From Chiloscyllium plagiosum (Eukaryota), in the NCBI RefSeq assembly GCF_004010195.1, contig NC_057711.1, forward strand, positions 83,251,623 to 83,315,622: a stretch of 64,000 bases of DNA, given 5' to 3'. Position numbers and translations under genes: made by a program. The notes below the pieces were generated by a model, which had not been told where the DNA came from, did not search any database, and saw nothing but the letters and a program-made list of their open reading frames with translations. Position 1 is the first letter of the stretch. Every line of letters begins with the position of its first letter. Of this stretch, positions 1-13,511 are shown one piece after another.

Positions 1-814
1 CCTTAATATATTTGTAAAAACCCTTTGGAATCTTCTTAATTCTATTTGCCAAAGCTATCTCATGTCCCCGTTTTGCCTTCCTGATTTCCCTCTTAGGTAT
101 ACTCCTACTTTCTTTATACTCTTCTAAGGATTCACTCGATCCATCCTGTCTATATCTGACATATGCTTCCTTCTTTTTCTTAACTAAACCCTCAATTTCT
201 TTAGTCATCCAGCATTCCCTGTACCTCCCAGCCTTCTCTTTCACCCTGACAGGAATATACTTTCTCTGGATTCTTGTTATCTCATTTCTGAAGGCTTCCC
301 ATTTTCCAGCCATCCCTTTACCTGTGAACATCTGCCCCCAATCAGCTTTCGAAAGTTCTTGCCTAATACCGTCAAAATTGGCCTTTCTCCAATTTAGAAT
401 ATTAACTTTTAGATCTGGTCTATCTTCTTCCGTCACGATTTTAAAACGAATAGAATTATGGTCGCTGGCCCCAAAGTGCTCCCCCACTGTCACCTCAGTC
501 ACCTGCCCTGCCTTATTTCCCAAGAGTAGGTCAAGTTTTGCACCTTCTCTAGTAGGTACTTCCACATACTGAATCAGAAAATCGTCTTGTACGCACTTAA
601 GAAATTCCTCTCCATCTAAACCTTTAACACTATGGCAGTCCCAGTCGATGTTTGGAAAGTTAAAATCCCCTACCATAACTACCCTATTATTCTTACAGAT
701 AGCTGAGATCTCCTTCCAAGTTTGTTTCTCAATTTCCCTCTGACTATTAGGGGGTCTAAAATACAATCCCAATAAGGTGATCATCCCTTTCTTATTTTTC
801 AGTTCCGCCCAAAT
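1..814 (-). mobile_element. CR1/HER1-type LINE fragment (ORF2 endonuclease-to-linker region), running off the window edge
   Basis: Close paralogue of 13660-14468; antisense ORF 324-572 matches ORF 13704-14225. Confidence 0.9.
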
Positions 815-1259
815 ACATCTTTTAAGTAAAAAAAAAGAATAACTAATGTTAATTTAACCTGAAGATGTGTATCAAATTAAAGTTTTGAAATGAGCCAAGG
901 AAATGAATATATGCATTACACATAATGGTATAGATATTCCAGTGGCCAGATAATTGTTGCAGAGTGTAGACAGAACATACACTTATGCACCGTGTGGAAA
1001 TCCCAACATAGCTGATCCCAAAGGAATTGCCAGGAAATTGAAAATTCTCATGGGGCAATTCCCCTGAGCCTGGAGCTCTCTGAACAAAAGCCTGAAACCA
1101 GAGAATTTGGAGGGTGATGCCTGGTGAATTATAATAGTTACACAGGAAATGTTAGAGGACTAAAACCTTCCTCCAACTCCTGGAGAGTACTGGACTGAAT
1201 ACTTGATTCACCTCTGTGAACCCCAACACTATCCCCTCTCCAAACACACCCAGGGCCTG

Positions 1260-1690
1260 GGATAGCCAACACCCAAATCCTGACACAATATTGTTGGTTG
1301 AGCCTGAGCTACACATGTCCCTCCACCCCATTCTTAGCCCGTCAGGCCCAGCATCTCCCTGCAACCTGACACCCACCTAACCTGAGATATTTCCTCCCAT
1401 ATTGAACCTGACCACAACTCTCAATCCCTCAACCACACTCAATCTCCCCCAGATCCTGACCTGACTCAACACCCTCTTAATGTGACCCGATGTGAAAACT
1501 CCTGATTCAACAATGCAACCCAAACATACACCCCCCCGCCCCCACCCACACATGCACATCCCCAACACAACCCAAACATGCACATCCCCAGTCCAACCCA
1601 AACATGCACACCCTCGACCCAACCCACACTCTTCACCCCAACTCAACAGCTCTCTCCACAGTTGACACTACCTGAAACGTCCCTATGACC
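1260..1690. repeat. C/A-rich low-complexity tract
   Basis: Repeated cccaa, acaccc and caacccaaacatgca motifs. Confidence 0.6.
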
Positions 1691-1774
1691 TGAAGTAGCA
1701 CAATCCTCTGCCTGCCTCTGACGCCTTGACCTTTTCTAAATGCTCATCTGCTTACCTAGCTTCATGTCACAGTA

Positions 1775-1979
1775 GGAGAAAGTGCGAACTGCAGATGCTG
1801 GAGATCAGAGTCGAGAGTGTGGTGCTGTCGAGAGCAAGTCAGGCAGTATCCGAGGAGCAGGAGAATCGACGTTTTGGGCATAACGTTCCTGATGAAGGGT
1901 TTGTGCCCGAAATGTCGATTCTCCTGCTCCTCGGATGCTGCCTGACCTGCTGTGCTTATCCAGCACCACACTCTTGACA
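1775..1979. mobile_element. Miniature palindromic Penelope-derived element (family A) with hammerhead motif
   Basis: Starts GAGAAAGTG...CTGCAGATGCTGGAGATCAGAG; inverted arms; CTGATGA...GAAA at 1889-1912; TSD tcatgtcacagta at 1762-1774 and 1980-1992. Confidence 0.85.
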
Positions 1980-4900
1980 TCATGTCACAGTACCCGCCTC
2001 TTTCATCTGGCACCCTACCCTGTCCACACATGTTTTACTTTACCCCTTCACCTACCTTCTCACAGTTGCTGTCAAGACATCCACTGGAATAGTGCAGTGC
2101 ATTAATAGGTAGCATGATTTCTACAATGTTCATTTTTGCTGCTGGATTCTAGAATCCTTGGGCAAATTTGTAACAGAAGACTTCTGTTCAGGAATTTCCA
2201 GTGGAGAAGTCAAATAAAGGTGAGTATTTCTTTAAAAAAAAACAAGCAGGATCAGAAATATGATTTAGATATGGCTACATTTTAGTTTCCAAATTATATA
2301 CTGAACGTTAGATAGTACCTATATCTATCCTTAAAATATGTGATCCAGCTCCCACTACAATTAGCACCATGAGGGATATGTTGGTAGTACAATGCTATAA
2401 TTGTTATTTTTCAATTAATTATTGACTATATATGTGTTTGCTGAGTCAAATCTATGGAACTCCATTCCTAACTGCACTGTGAATGTACCTACACCACATT
2501 GATGCAGCAGTTCAAGAAACAGGCTCATTACCACTTTCTCAAGGGCAAATAGGGCAACAGGTGTTGGCCTGATTGGTAAAGTGCATATAGCATGAACGAG
2601 TGCAAGAAAAGGAAGTGAATTAACTATTTTGCAAAAGCTAAAATTGAACTTAATTTTTTTTGCATTCGTATTTCATAAAACTTTCAAGATGAGCAAACAC
2701 AATCAAATGGACTAAGTTATGAATAATATGTTGCCAGTCTCTAGATTAGCAAAATATTATTTGTCATTTTTTTTAAATTAAGAAAATTTGTCAAGTCGGA
2801 GTCAATGTCATCAACGTAGGATTCAGTCTACCAGAAAAGTCAAGCCATATCAAGAAGGTGGGGTGAGATGACATCTAAGACAGGAGGAAGGTTGAATGAG
2901 ATAGCGAGTTCCATTGTTTGAAGTCTTGCAAAAGAATTTAGGGTTGAAAACTGAAAACGTCAAGACCAGAGTAAACATGTAGGAAAGTATATTACAATTT
3001 CAAATGTACTTGAAAGAAAAAAAACAGGAACAATTATCATATTTAATAATTAGATTAACCATGGGGATTCATAATGCAGTCTTAGATTTGAGATTTTTTG
3101 CAAATTGTCCAGAGTCCAGACTTCACAAACACTTATTTGTATGAGAAGATTTTGAGAATTCAGTGTTGCTGATGTGAATCTGCATAGCAGGAATTCAGCT
3201 CCAAAAGCCAGGATGCCCTGCAGCAATTTGCATCCATTCGTACCAATGAATAGGACAAGCTGTTTGAGGGGGATGATCTCCAAAATAGTATTCTCATTAT
3301 CTATTGCAGGTACACATTCCTCCCATTGCAAAATCCTTTTTTCCTGTATTTTGTTTTGTATCAAAGATCTTCCATATATAAGTGTTTCTGGATTTTGCAG
3401 CGTGGTATTAAAAGCCTCTTCCAGAAAATGACTTGAATGACATTGTCTGAAAGACACTTAGTTGTTTTGCCTGCAAGCCTGCACACATATCAGCAACGAA
3501 TTTATCTTTTACTGTTACTGAATGGTAGAGAGTTGGGTACTACAAATCAAGAAGCTGGAGTATGAGGTTCTGGATAATTATACGTACCATAAAACTAACT
3601 CAACATGAGCAAAGGAAGGACTTTTGGGAAGAAATATCAGGAATCAGTTGGGAATGCTTAATATATTTCTGAGAGATTAACAGTTATCAGATGTTATTAT
3701 GTTAATCAAATATTATGGAGAAACTAAAGACTCATTAAAATGATTGGTGATTTATTAAGCATTTATTCAAAAAGATTGATTCAATTTTTTAAAAGCTACC
3801 ATGTTTTGTAGCACAGATACCAAAAGAGGTACAAAACAGCTCCTCAGCAAAGGAACATAGAGAAACTGGCTTTCAATGGTAACAATGTGTTCATTAAAGC
3901 ATTTTGGTTACTTTAATTCACGTGGCTGATAATCTTAAATTCACTTCTGCAGCATTGAGCACTCTAGCCACATTATAGAAAGCCTGAACCCAATGTTATA
4001 AAATGTAACATTTAACATTTAACTAATTTAAAATAAACCATACCCGGGATCTGTAACTTTATTTCTGTCTATTCACAGAAAGCAAGGCACATATCTCTGG
4101 AGGGAGGGAGTGGGGTGAATGGAAAAATAAACCTTTTCACTATCCAGTGAATATCAGACAAGTTTTGCAGCCTATCTTCATTTTTCTTTTGTTAAATCTT
4201 ATAGGAAGACAACGGCATATTGTGGAATGGTGAAACAAGTGGAGAAGGCTGTCATGCAGATTTGATTTTAAGGAAATGTTCCAAAAGGGATACTGCCTCT
4301 TTAATTGCATGACTAAAGTGAGCTCTAAGTGCTAAAACGAATTACACATTTGACTTCATTATTGTTGCTCCACTGCACTTCCTTTTGATGGGTCAACTCA
4401 GTGCTACATGGCGAGGGTTATAATTAAAGTAATGGCCCATAAGACTCGCTGGATATGTTTTTCTCTTATGTTTGATTCAGAGCAGAGTCCTGGTTGTAAA
4501 ATAACTTTCTAAATTTCATGTTGTTAGGTTTTAATTATTTTGTTTTCATTTTGTTATTTTGCTTGAAATGCCACCAATAAAGCAATGGTACTTTTTGTTT
4601 TGGTTGTATCTTATTATTTATTCCATTTTGTTTATGGCTGCTATTGATTCCACCTCCTGGAATATGATTATGATCTTATTATTTGACATTCTTGTGTTCT
4701 TTTTGTTGTTGTATGTATATTATTATGTATAAAGTTTGAATTGTTTGATATAAAAACACTTCATAATCTTCAAACATAAAAGGCAATAATAGATTATAAG
4801 AAATAGTAGAAAATGGACTATTTCACAATTACACCTCACAATTTCACCATCAACAACTATTACATAACTGGGAATAAATTCAGATTCAGAGGCACAACTT

Positions 4901-7900
4901 AAGGTATTAACACTTTTTAAAATAGATTTTAAAAGGGTAAGGTATAGCTGCCTTATCTAAATAAAAGCTCAAAAAATCTGCTTCCTAATTCATCTTTTTG
5001 AATCTAAAACAGCAATTAATATCACCTAATGAACAATTATTTTGCAGGTTAGATGCTGCTATGGTTTTGTAATGAAATTGTCAAACATTATGTGCTCTTG
5101 ACAAAAAGACCCTGCATTGAAGATGTGATTTTCATTTAAAATGATCATAACCTTCTGTATAAGATAAAATTCAAATTCACATCTAATTCATTAGCTGAGA
5201 CAGTCACTGTCTGTGACATTGCCTGTGAATAGGTGAGTCTGAACTACAGTTTCTGGCCTTACCCTCACCCAATCAATCAGTAGCTGAATGAATGCAGCCA
5301 ATTTGGAGAGGAAACGGCAAATTGAACCATCTACTGGAAATAAAAAATAAAATCGCTCTTGACCTTCCACATGAAAATCTTATTTTTAATGCTGCATCTC
5401 ACTAAATGCTATCTCACTTTGTGTTTATTTATCCTGTGCCAATATTGCATAGCTTCAAAGGTAACATGCCAATTTCTTGCTTGGTAAAGTACTAAAGAAA
5501 GAGATATTAAACCTCAGGTATTATTTATAAAGTATATTGGTACATTTCCTGAGTCAGTTTACTCCAGTTTGTTCTATAAATTACATGCATGCATACAGTG
5601 TACTAGATAATTTTGTGCATATAATTAAAATGATAGTCTGCTGAAAATCAAATATTTTTACACGACCAAACATAATTTTAGGTTTCTGATGAAATGATGA
5701 TAAAGGTAATTCAAAGGAGATTTACCGAAATAAATGCTAATATTTAATGGCAGTGATGTTTAGGTAGTACCTAGTAATCATCGTGGTGGCTCCACCATTG
5801 ATTGGAGAGCTGGTGAAACCATGCAGGGAAACCCCAATCAGACAGTTTGCTGGCTGCCATTGTGGTTCTAGCCTCATCTGGGGCAATTCCTTTCAAGAAT
5901 TTCTTCTGCAGGGTGGATGTTCTATTTCTGAGAGCTGATGACCAATTAGAAGGAGGCAGCTCCTCATAAACCAGTTCCAGTGGTAGCAGTGACCACTGCC
6001 ATCACTGAGTAGGCCCAAGCCTATTGCTGAAGGTAAGTGGAGCAAAGTCGCTAGATCAGTTAGGAAGCCATGACAGACTAATGTTTAATGAATAGGGCTT
6101 GTCCCTCTACTGCCATCAGTTAGATTCAGTGTGGCAAGCCCATACTCCCACCAAGCTGGAACTAAGTCAACATTTACTGGCACACAATTGGTAGATGAAC
6201 AACAATGATTGAGTGTCCTTTACGCAGCCACTGATATGTCTCAATTGGCCTCTGAGTTGAAAACCCTTTCTTGAGCTCACCACTGGGTGACAATTTGGAA
6301 GACAATAGGATCTCCATGTCTTATCTTCACACCCTGTTATTGAGCTTGCCACTTCAGCTCACCTCCCAACCCACTCCTGGGTGAGGTATTAAATCTGCCC
6401 TTTAACTTTTAAAATTGCTACAGAGGACAGTGATGGTATTTTTCCATGGTAAAATGAAAATTGTGCTTCATTAATGACAACAGTAATAATTAATAAGAAA
6501 ATCTAGAAATATGTGTAGATAAAATAATTTCTCTCCCTATGTTTTAACATCTGCCCATTTATGTAGCAATTACTTGCATCTAAATATTCATCCGTTTGAA
6601 AATTCCAGAACAGAGCATCTGCCCTACATCTGTGGATTCAAGCAAGGGAACAGATTTTTGAAAAGAAAGAACTCAATTCAGTGTTGTTCTCCTTGGGCTT
6701 TTCATTTTGCTATTAATATTCTTGTCAGGTTTTGGGGGTGGGGGTAAAAGACCCCTTTATAATTCATTTGGAAAAGAATCAAACAGCTTAGTGGTGGGGG
6801 GATGGGTATGCATGTGTGAGTATGGTTGGCTGTTAATGTGTGGGAGAGAGGTTTGGGAAGGCTGTCAATAGGATTAATAACTTGCTGAGAGAAGCAAGAA
6901 GAACTTTTAGAATTAATTTGAGGTTGTCAGAACTGACATTGGCACTTCTTAAAGTGAAATTAAAGAATTGTTGTGCTTCACTCATCCTTTAAACTTTCTC
7001 TTCCGGGAATGGTTCTGAATAATACATGGTTTCAAATAAAACCAAGCTTTTATTTGTCGGGGAAACAAACAAAAACGTCTATATTGTTTGTGCTTGGCTT
7101 AAGGCTTTTATGGAGACTATGGAGTACCCCTAGACCCAATAGTGACTGAATGGAGGAATCTTTTCACACAAAATCCTTTTCCACTGGAAATTCCTAGATT
7201 AGTTAAGCCTTCTATTGACCAGCCAGGAAGCCTATTCATGCCAAATATGTGTAAAAATGCTTTTAAAGAGTACCTAACAAGAACAAGGATGAATAGAGCA
7301 AAGCATGCTCTGGTTTGGAATATAAAATAAAACTATTAATGACAAAAACACAAACTGAAATGTTGTGGTAATGAGAGCTGCGAGGCTGTAACTACTTATG
7401 CTTGAATAATGCATTATAATTTTAAAGAAGAAATAATGGAGACAATCTTCCTCTGTGCAGTTCCTAATGCTGAATCCCCAGGTGACAGGTGGACTCTTAT
7501 TGAGGCATTTGAGTCTCACTGCCAGCTGAAGAGCCAATGGGAGAACATGCTGTCTCTTCCAAAGAAGGCCTGCCAAACCACACATCAAACAGGCAGTGGC
7601 AAGGTCACCTGCAGGCTTTCCACTGGAATCAAGACCCCAGGGGCAGAAATTCCAAGCAGCAAGAACTGCTGGCCAATCAAAGGGTAACAAACCTATGCTC
7701 AGGAGAGCTGCGGATGAGGCTGAAGTTGGTCCAGAAGACCTCTTGCTGGAGTCCCAGGATCGCTGAGGCAGTGGGATAAAGGTAAGTGATGGGGTAGGAG
7801 AGGTTTTACCAGTTTGAGAGTTTTTGGGAGAGTCGGACTTCCTCATTTGGGAGTTGTGGTGAGGCCAGTGAGGGAGACATATTGGTTTGAGGGATGATGG

Positions 7901-8054
7901 CTTCTAGTACGCAACCCCTGCCTGATATTTGGCCATTAAACAGGCATTGGTTAACTTTGATCAAGCACTACTCCCTATCTCCCCTCTCCCCTCAGAGGAC
8001 AAGTTACGTGCAGGGTAACAACTATTGTGAAGGTCACTAGAGGACAGAACTGCC

Positions 8055-8130
8055 TGCATCCTGAAACGTTGACTTCTTCACCTCCTCATGCTGCCTGGCC
8101 TGCTGTGTTCTTCCAGCGTCCTGCCTGTCT
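8055..8130 (+). mobile_element. Remnant of a PLE terminal repeat related to family A
   Basis: cctgaaacgttgact...tgctgcctggcctgctgtgttcttccagc resembles the family A 3' half. Confidence 0.55.
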
Positions 8131-9659
8131 ATTTTAATCTCGATCAATGCCAAGCCAAGGCCCTTTAGTTGTCCTTAACTGGGATTGGCAGTGAGTTGGG
8201 AAACATGGGCCTTTTTGCACAGAACATATGCACATGCAGGTGGATGGCCTAATCAAATGTCCTTCCTGCCTCCAAGCTCAACACCATTGGATGCAAGTTA
8301 TTCCACCTGCATGCATCAATCTTATTAACATTATCATTCAGGCACTCAGGACTTCTACAGGTAAATGATTCCATGAGTAATGCTAGCTAAGAGCAACCAG
8401 AAGGTTAGTGGCTAACCTGCAAATGCAAGCTTTTCTGGCTTGCTACCATATTGCCAGCCCTATTTCAAACAGAAGGTCCTACAAGTGGAGCAACTGGGAT
8501 CATGTTAATGAGTTGGCACACCAATGTTGAATGTATGCAGACAAGATTCATGTAGTATATCATGGCTGCAGCACTCCATTTGTTATGAATAGTTCTTTGC
8601 CAAGGGTCCTTGATTGGTTACAGTTCTATATGTGATGCCATGATACACTTATACATTTGGATGAGGAGGGATTATCAGGCATCCTTCCTTTGCTCAACCC
8701 CTTGTTTAGTTGATTGCAATAAAATTAATTAAATTTTAATTAATTAAAAATTTAAAAAAGGATCCCTTCTGTCATAGATACTATCTTCTAAGTGAAACCA
8801 ATTTAATCTGGCTTTCTTGAGTTAAAGGAAGAGTTTATTAGCTATGTAAAATACAGGAAAAGATAACAAAATATGGCATATATACACCCATATTGGAAAA
8901 TGTTGACTCCAAAAAAAAGAAGTTAAGAAAATAGAATATACAGATGTGTCTTTAGCTTGTCTGTGACAAACAGATTGTGAAACATTGCAGCCTTATTGTC
9001 ATGCTAACTTTGGCAGTTGAATGGTTGTTTGGAGATTTTTGGTTCTGAAAGGATTTGGTTTAGTTTCTTTCACTAATGGCTTTGCTGAAAACTTGCTTGT
9101 AGCATTCAGAGAGGCTTTTTTTTTAACCTGCACACATAGTGATGTCTAGTGGGAATTCTCAGTTGTGGCCATTCATGGCATATGTTAGCCTTTTAGCAGA
9201 CAGAGACCAGGGGTTTTAGTTAGCTGTAATCCTCTTTCTTGTGTACATATGGAAAGGGAAAACACAAACATGTTTTTCACCCAGAACTGTCTCTCTTTCA
9301 TCTCATCGAGTCTGCAGTCTGGAACACAGCCCACAGGAGACAACAGTTTAGTTTTTTGAATGGCATCTCTCCCTTTGAAGTGTAATTTTAGACAGCAATC
9401 TTGACACTCTTCAAGCACAACATTCTACAATGCTTTCTCAGGACTCAGTGTAATTCACACGGAGATCTTAAACATCTACTTAATTTACATCCTCAGCCAT
9501 CTTTGAGCATGAATGTCTTTCTTTTAAAAATAATGTATGGTTGCACTTAAAAATTAAATATATATGTGTGTATGCATGTATATGTATGTGTGTATATATG
9601 GGACCTGTTGGGTGCAGTGGTATTGTGGGGAGTTTTAAATTTTTTTAAAACGCATGCAT

Positions 9660-9775
9660 TAAGGGTCCCTCTCATGGTGCATTGGCAGTGTCCCTACCTC
9701 TGGTCTGAGAGGTTCAAGTCCAACCTGCTCCAGAGGTGTGTAATAACATCCCTGAACAGGTTGATTAGAAAAGTA
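9660..9775 (+). mobile_element. Short tRNA-derived SINE-like repeat
   Basis: A-box-like tggtgcattgg and B-box-like ggttcaagtcc, followed by a non-tRNA body. Confidence 0.55.
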
Positions 9776-12700
9776 GGTTCATTAAAAAAAATTAATGGAT
9801 GACAAAATTGTTAAATATATAAGTAATTCAGGGTTGTGATGTGTTGTCATAATGCCGTCCAGCACCTATATAATAGCAGTTAGGGTGTGAGGCAAGGGAA
9901 GTGAAGATGGGACCTGGAATGGCAGGAAAATCATATAGATGAAAATCACTGTTAGGGACAAGGCTGTATCTAGTTGTGAAAAAGTTTGAGTTATGTTACA
10001 AGCTGCCATGCATTGGCATTGATTCAGTGCTGAAACTGATGGAATGATGGAAAGCTGATGGTGAAAAATAGGAACCGAAATGCTAGTATTTGTTCACTGG
10101 AATGTTAACTCCTGTGGGTAACAATTGGAAAGGATTATGGGACATAGATGTTTATTGCTTGACATCAAAGGAGACAGTCCTCACCAAGATCTTTGTAGAG
10201 CTACCTCTTCTTAGTCTCCTGAAAATAGCAAAATCATGTTGCTTATGCAAGTTATCTTGGTTGGCAGATTATGCTAGTTTTTGTCATCCAGGAATAGCTG
10301 TCAAATGCTTGACAACTATACAATAATTATCATTGATTTGTAACACACTTCACATGGTATCTTTGCACAACCTTTAGCACTGTGATTTGAAGTAATGAAT
10401 GCCACATTGCTTATAGCTCTAGCTGTGAATTAACAGCTAGTCCTCAGGCATGGGTGTGCCTAGCCTGGCTGGTTGTGTTGTTTTTTGACTTGGTTTTCCA
10501 ATGTCTCCTACAGATGTAAAATATGATACAATAAAGCAGCTGAGATTCCATGAGTAGTGCTCCGTCCTCTGATATCTCTGGTCCAATGGAGTCAAACGTT
10601 AGTTCATTTAGTGTTTAACCTGATAAAAGCCAATTGACTTCCACACTGCAAGTATTTATTCATAGCCTTTTCAGTGCCTGCTTCTGAAATAGATTTGGAA
10701 ATACTGTTCTTTTGTGTGATGTATGTACTTCTGAAAACAATATAAGGATCAATGTATCTCAGCCTCCACTGAGCGGGACGAATTGTTGCTTTGAAAATTG
10801 TAGTGAATATGTACCTCCCTATTTTCTGACTTGACAGTGCAACTTTTATCTGGCCTCTACATGGGAAGCCCAGGCTCCTAACTGTTCCAAGGGAGAGGGT
10901 GTGGGTGTGGGCAAGGAGAGAGAAGGGTCACTTTATGATGCACAGATGGAGCCCAATTCAATTTGGAGACCCTAACAAGCAGAGAGTACACCATACACAC
11001 GCTCCTTTCATTTTAGAAGAGAGAGTTAATCAGTTGTCTTGAAAGGTCACGTTGAAACCAGCTCAATCAATGTTTTTGTTTACATTTATATAAGGCTAGG
11101 AGGTACATGAATACATTTAGTGGCTCCAAAGTAAATTGTGCCAGCCTCTGTAAGGTGATGAATGTTCCTTCACCCCATATTTCTCTCCAATCCTTTCAAC
11201 ACCCAATGTCCAGATGAGGTGCATGAAAGAATCATCAAAATTAGCCTCCTTGCTTCAATCCTAATGTTGGTGAGCTATCAAGTTCAGTGATTGCAGCCCA
11301 CCAATGACATTAAGAAGAGATATGATAATCTATCCCTTCAAATTGCACCATGTTCTTTAAATACTACTGGAATCACCTTGGCAATCTTGTGGTGTTTGAT
11401 TTTACAACAGTAAATACACTTCTAGAAAATGTACTTAATTGACTGTCCTTTTGGTTGCTGTGAGGTCTTAAAAGGTCCAAGGTTTTTGTCAGTTTGCACA
11501 TGTGGTCCCTGTTATAATATGTATGCACATTTGCATTAACAAGACATCATTCTCTAAGCATTGGGAAAATTGACAAAAATATATTCATCATTGAGGTTTT
11601 GAACGACATGTTGTCCTTTCTCTAGAACCTTCCATTCAAATCTCATCTAGACTGATTGAATGAAGGTACGTTATAGAGTCATAGAGATGTACAGCATGGA
11701 AACACACCTTTCGGTCCAAACCATCCATTCCGACCAGATATCCCAACCCAATCTAACCCCACCTGCCAGCACCCGGCCCATATCCCTCCAAACCCTTCCT
11801 ATTCATATACCCATCCAAATGCCTCTTAAGTGTTGCAATTGCGCCAGCCTCCACCACATCCTCTGGCAGCTCATTCCATACACGTACCACCCTCTGCGTG
11901 AAAAAGTTGCCTCTTAGGTCCCTTTTATATCTTTCCCCTCTCACCCTAAACCTATTCCCTCTAGTTCTGGACTCTCCGACCCCAGGGAAAAGACTTTGCC
12001 TATTTATCCTATCCATGCCCCTCATAATTTTGTAAAACTATATAAGGTCACCCCTCAGCCTCTCATGCTCCAGGGAAAACAACCGCAGCCTGTTCAGCCT
12101 CTACCTATAGCTCAGATCTTCCAACCCTGGCAACATCCTTGCAAATCTTTTCTGAACCCTTTCATGTTTCACAACATCTTTCCGATAGGAAGGAGACCAG
12201 AATTGCACACAATATTCCAACAGTGGCCTAACCAATGTCCTGTACAGCTGCAACATGACCTCCCAACTCCTGTACTCAATACTCTGACCAAGAAAGGAAA
12301 GCATACCAAACGCATTCTTCACTATCCTATCTACCTGCGACTCCACTTTCAAGGAGCTATGAACCTGCACTCCAAGGTCTGTTTGTTCAGCAACAAACCC
12401 TAGGACCTTATCATTAAGTGTATAAGTGCTGCTAAGATTTGCTTTCCCAAAATGCAGCACTTTGCATTTATCTGAATTAAACTCCATCTGTCACTTCTCA
12501 GCCCATTAGCCCATCTGGTCCAGATCCTGTTGTAATCTGAGGTAACCCTCTTTGCTGTCCACTCCACCTCCAATTTTGGTGTCATCTGCAAACTTACTAA
12601 CTGTACCTCTTATGCTCACATCCAAATCATTTATGTAAATGACAAGAAGTAGAGGACCCAGCACCAATCCTTGTGGCACTCCCCTGGTCACAAGCCTCCG

Positions 12701-13137
12701 GTCTGAAAAAAAACCCTCCACCACCACCCTCTGTCTTCTATCTTTGAGCCAGTTCTGTATCCAAATGGCTAGTTCTTCCTGTATTCCATGAGATCTAACC
12801 TTGCTAATCAGTCTCCCATGGGGAACCTTGTCGAACGCCTTACTGAAGTCTATATAGATCACATCTACTACTGCCCTCATCAATCTTCTTAGTTACTGCT
12901 TCAAAAAACTTAATCAAGTTTGTGAAACATGATTTCCCACGCACAAAGCCATGTTGACTATCCTGAATCAGTCCTTGCCTTTCCAAATACATGTACATCC
13001 TGTCCCTCAGGATTCCCTCCAACAACTTGCCCACCACCGAGGTCAGGCTCACCGAGTTATAGTTCCTTGGCTTGTCTTTACCAGCCTTCTTAAAAAGTGG
13101 CACCACGTTTGCCAACCTCCGGTCTTCCGGCACCTCA

Positions 13138-13511
13138 TCTGTGACTATCGATGATACAAACATCTCAGCAATAGGCCCAGCAATCACTTCTCTAGGTTCC
13201 CACAGAGTTCTCGGGTACACCTGATCAGGTCCTTGGGATTTATCCACCTTTAATCATTTCATGACATCCAGCACTTCCTCCTCTGTAATCTGGACATTTT
13301 GCAAGATGTCACCATCTATTTCCCTCTGTGACTATCGATGATACAAACATCTCAGCAATAGGCCCAGCAATCACTTCTCTAGGTTCCCACAGAGTTCTCG
13401 GGTACACCTGATCAGGTCCTTGGGATTTATCCACCTTTAATCATTTCATGACATCCAGCACTTCCTCCTCTGTAATCTGGACATTTTGCAAGATGTCACC
13501 ATCTATTTCCC
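13138..13511. repeat. 187-bp direct tandem duplication within LINE ORF2
   Basis: 13138-13324 repeated at 13325-13511, apparently identical. Confidence 0.9.

Noticed and set aside
4360..4400. ccttttgatggg as the TrkB-T1 exon (IPLDG)
   Set aside because: No matching upstream residues, stop codon or acceptor.
7274..7846. 190-aa ORF and overlapping ORFs
   Set aside because: No recognisable domain; overlaps old repeat-like sequence resembling 37530-37770.
13138..13511. Biological role for the 187-bp duplication
   Set aside because: Identical copies inside a high-copy LINE near an assembly gap; probably a contig-join artefact.
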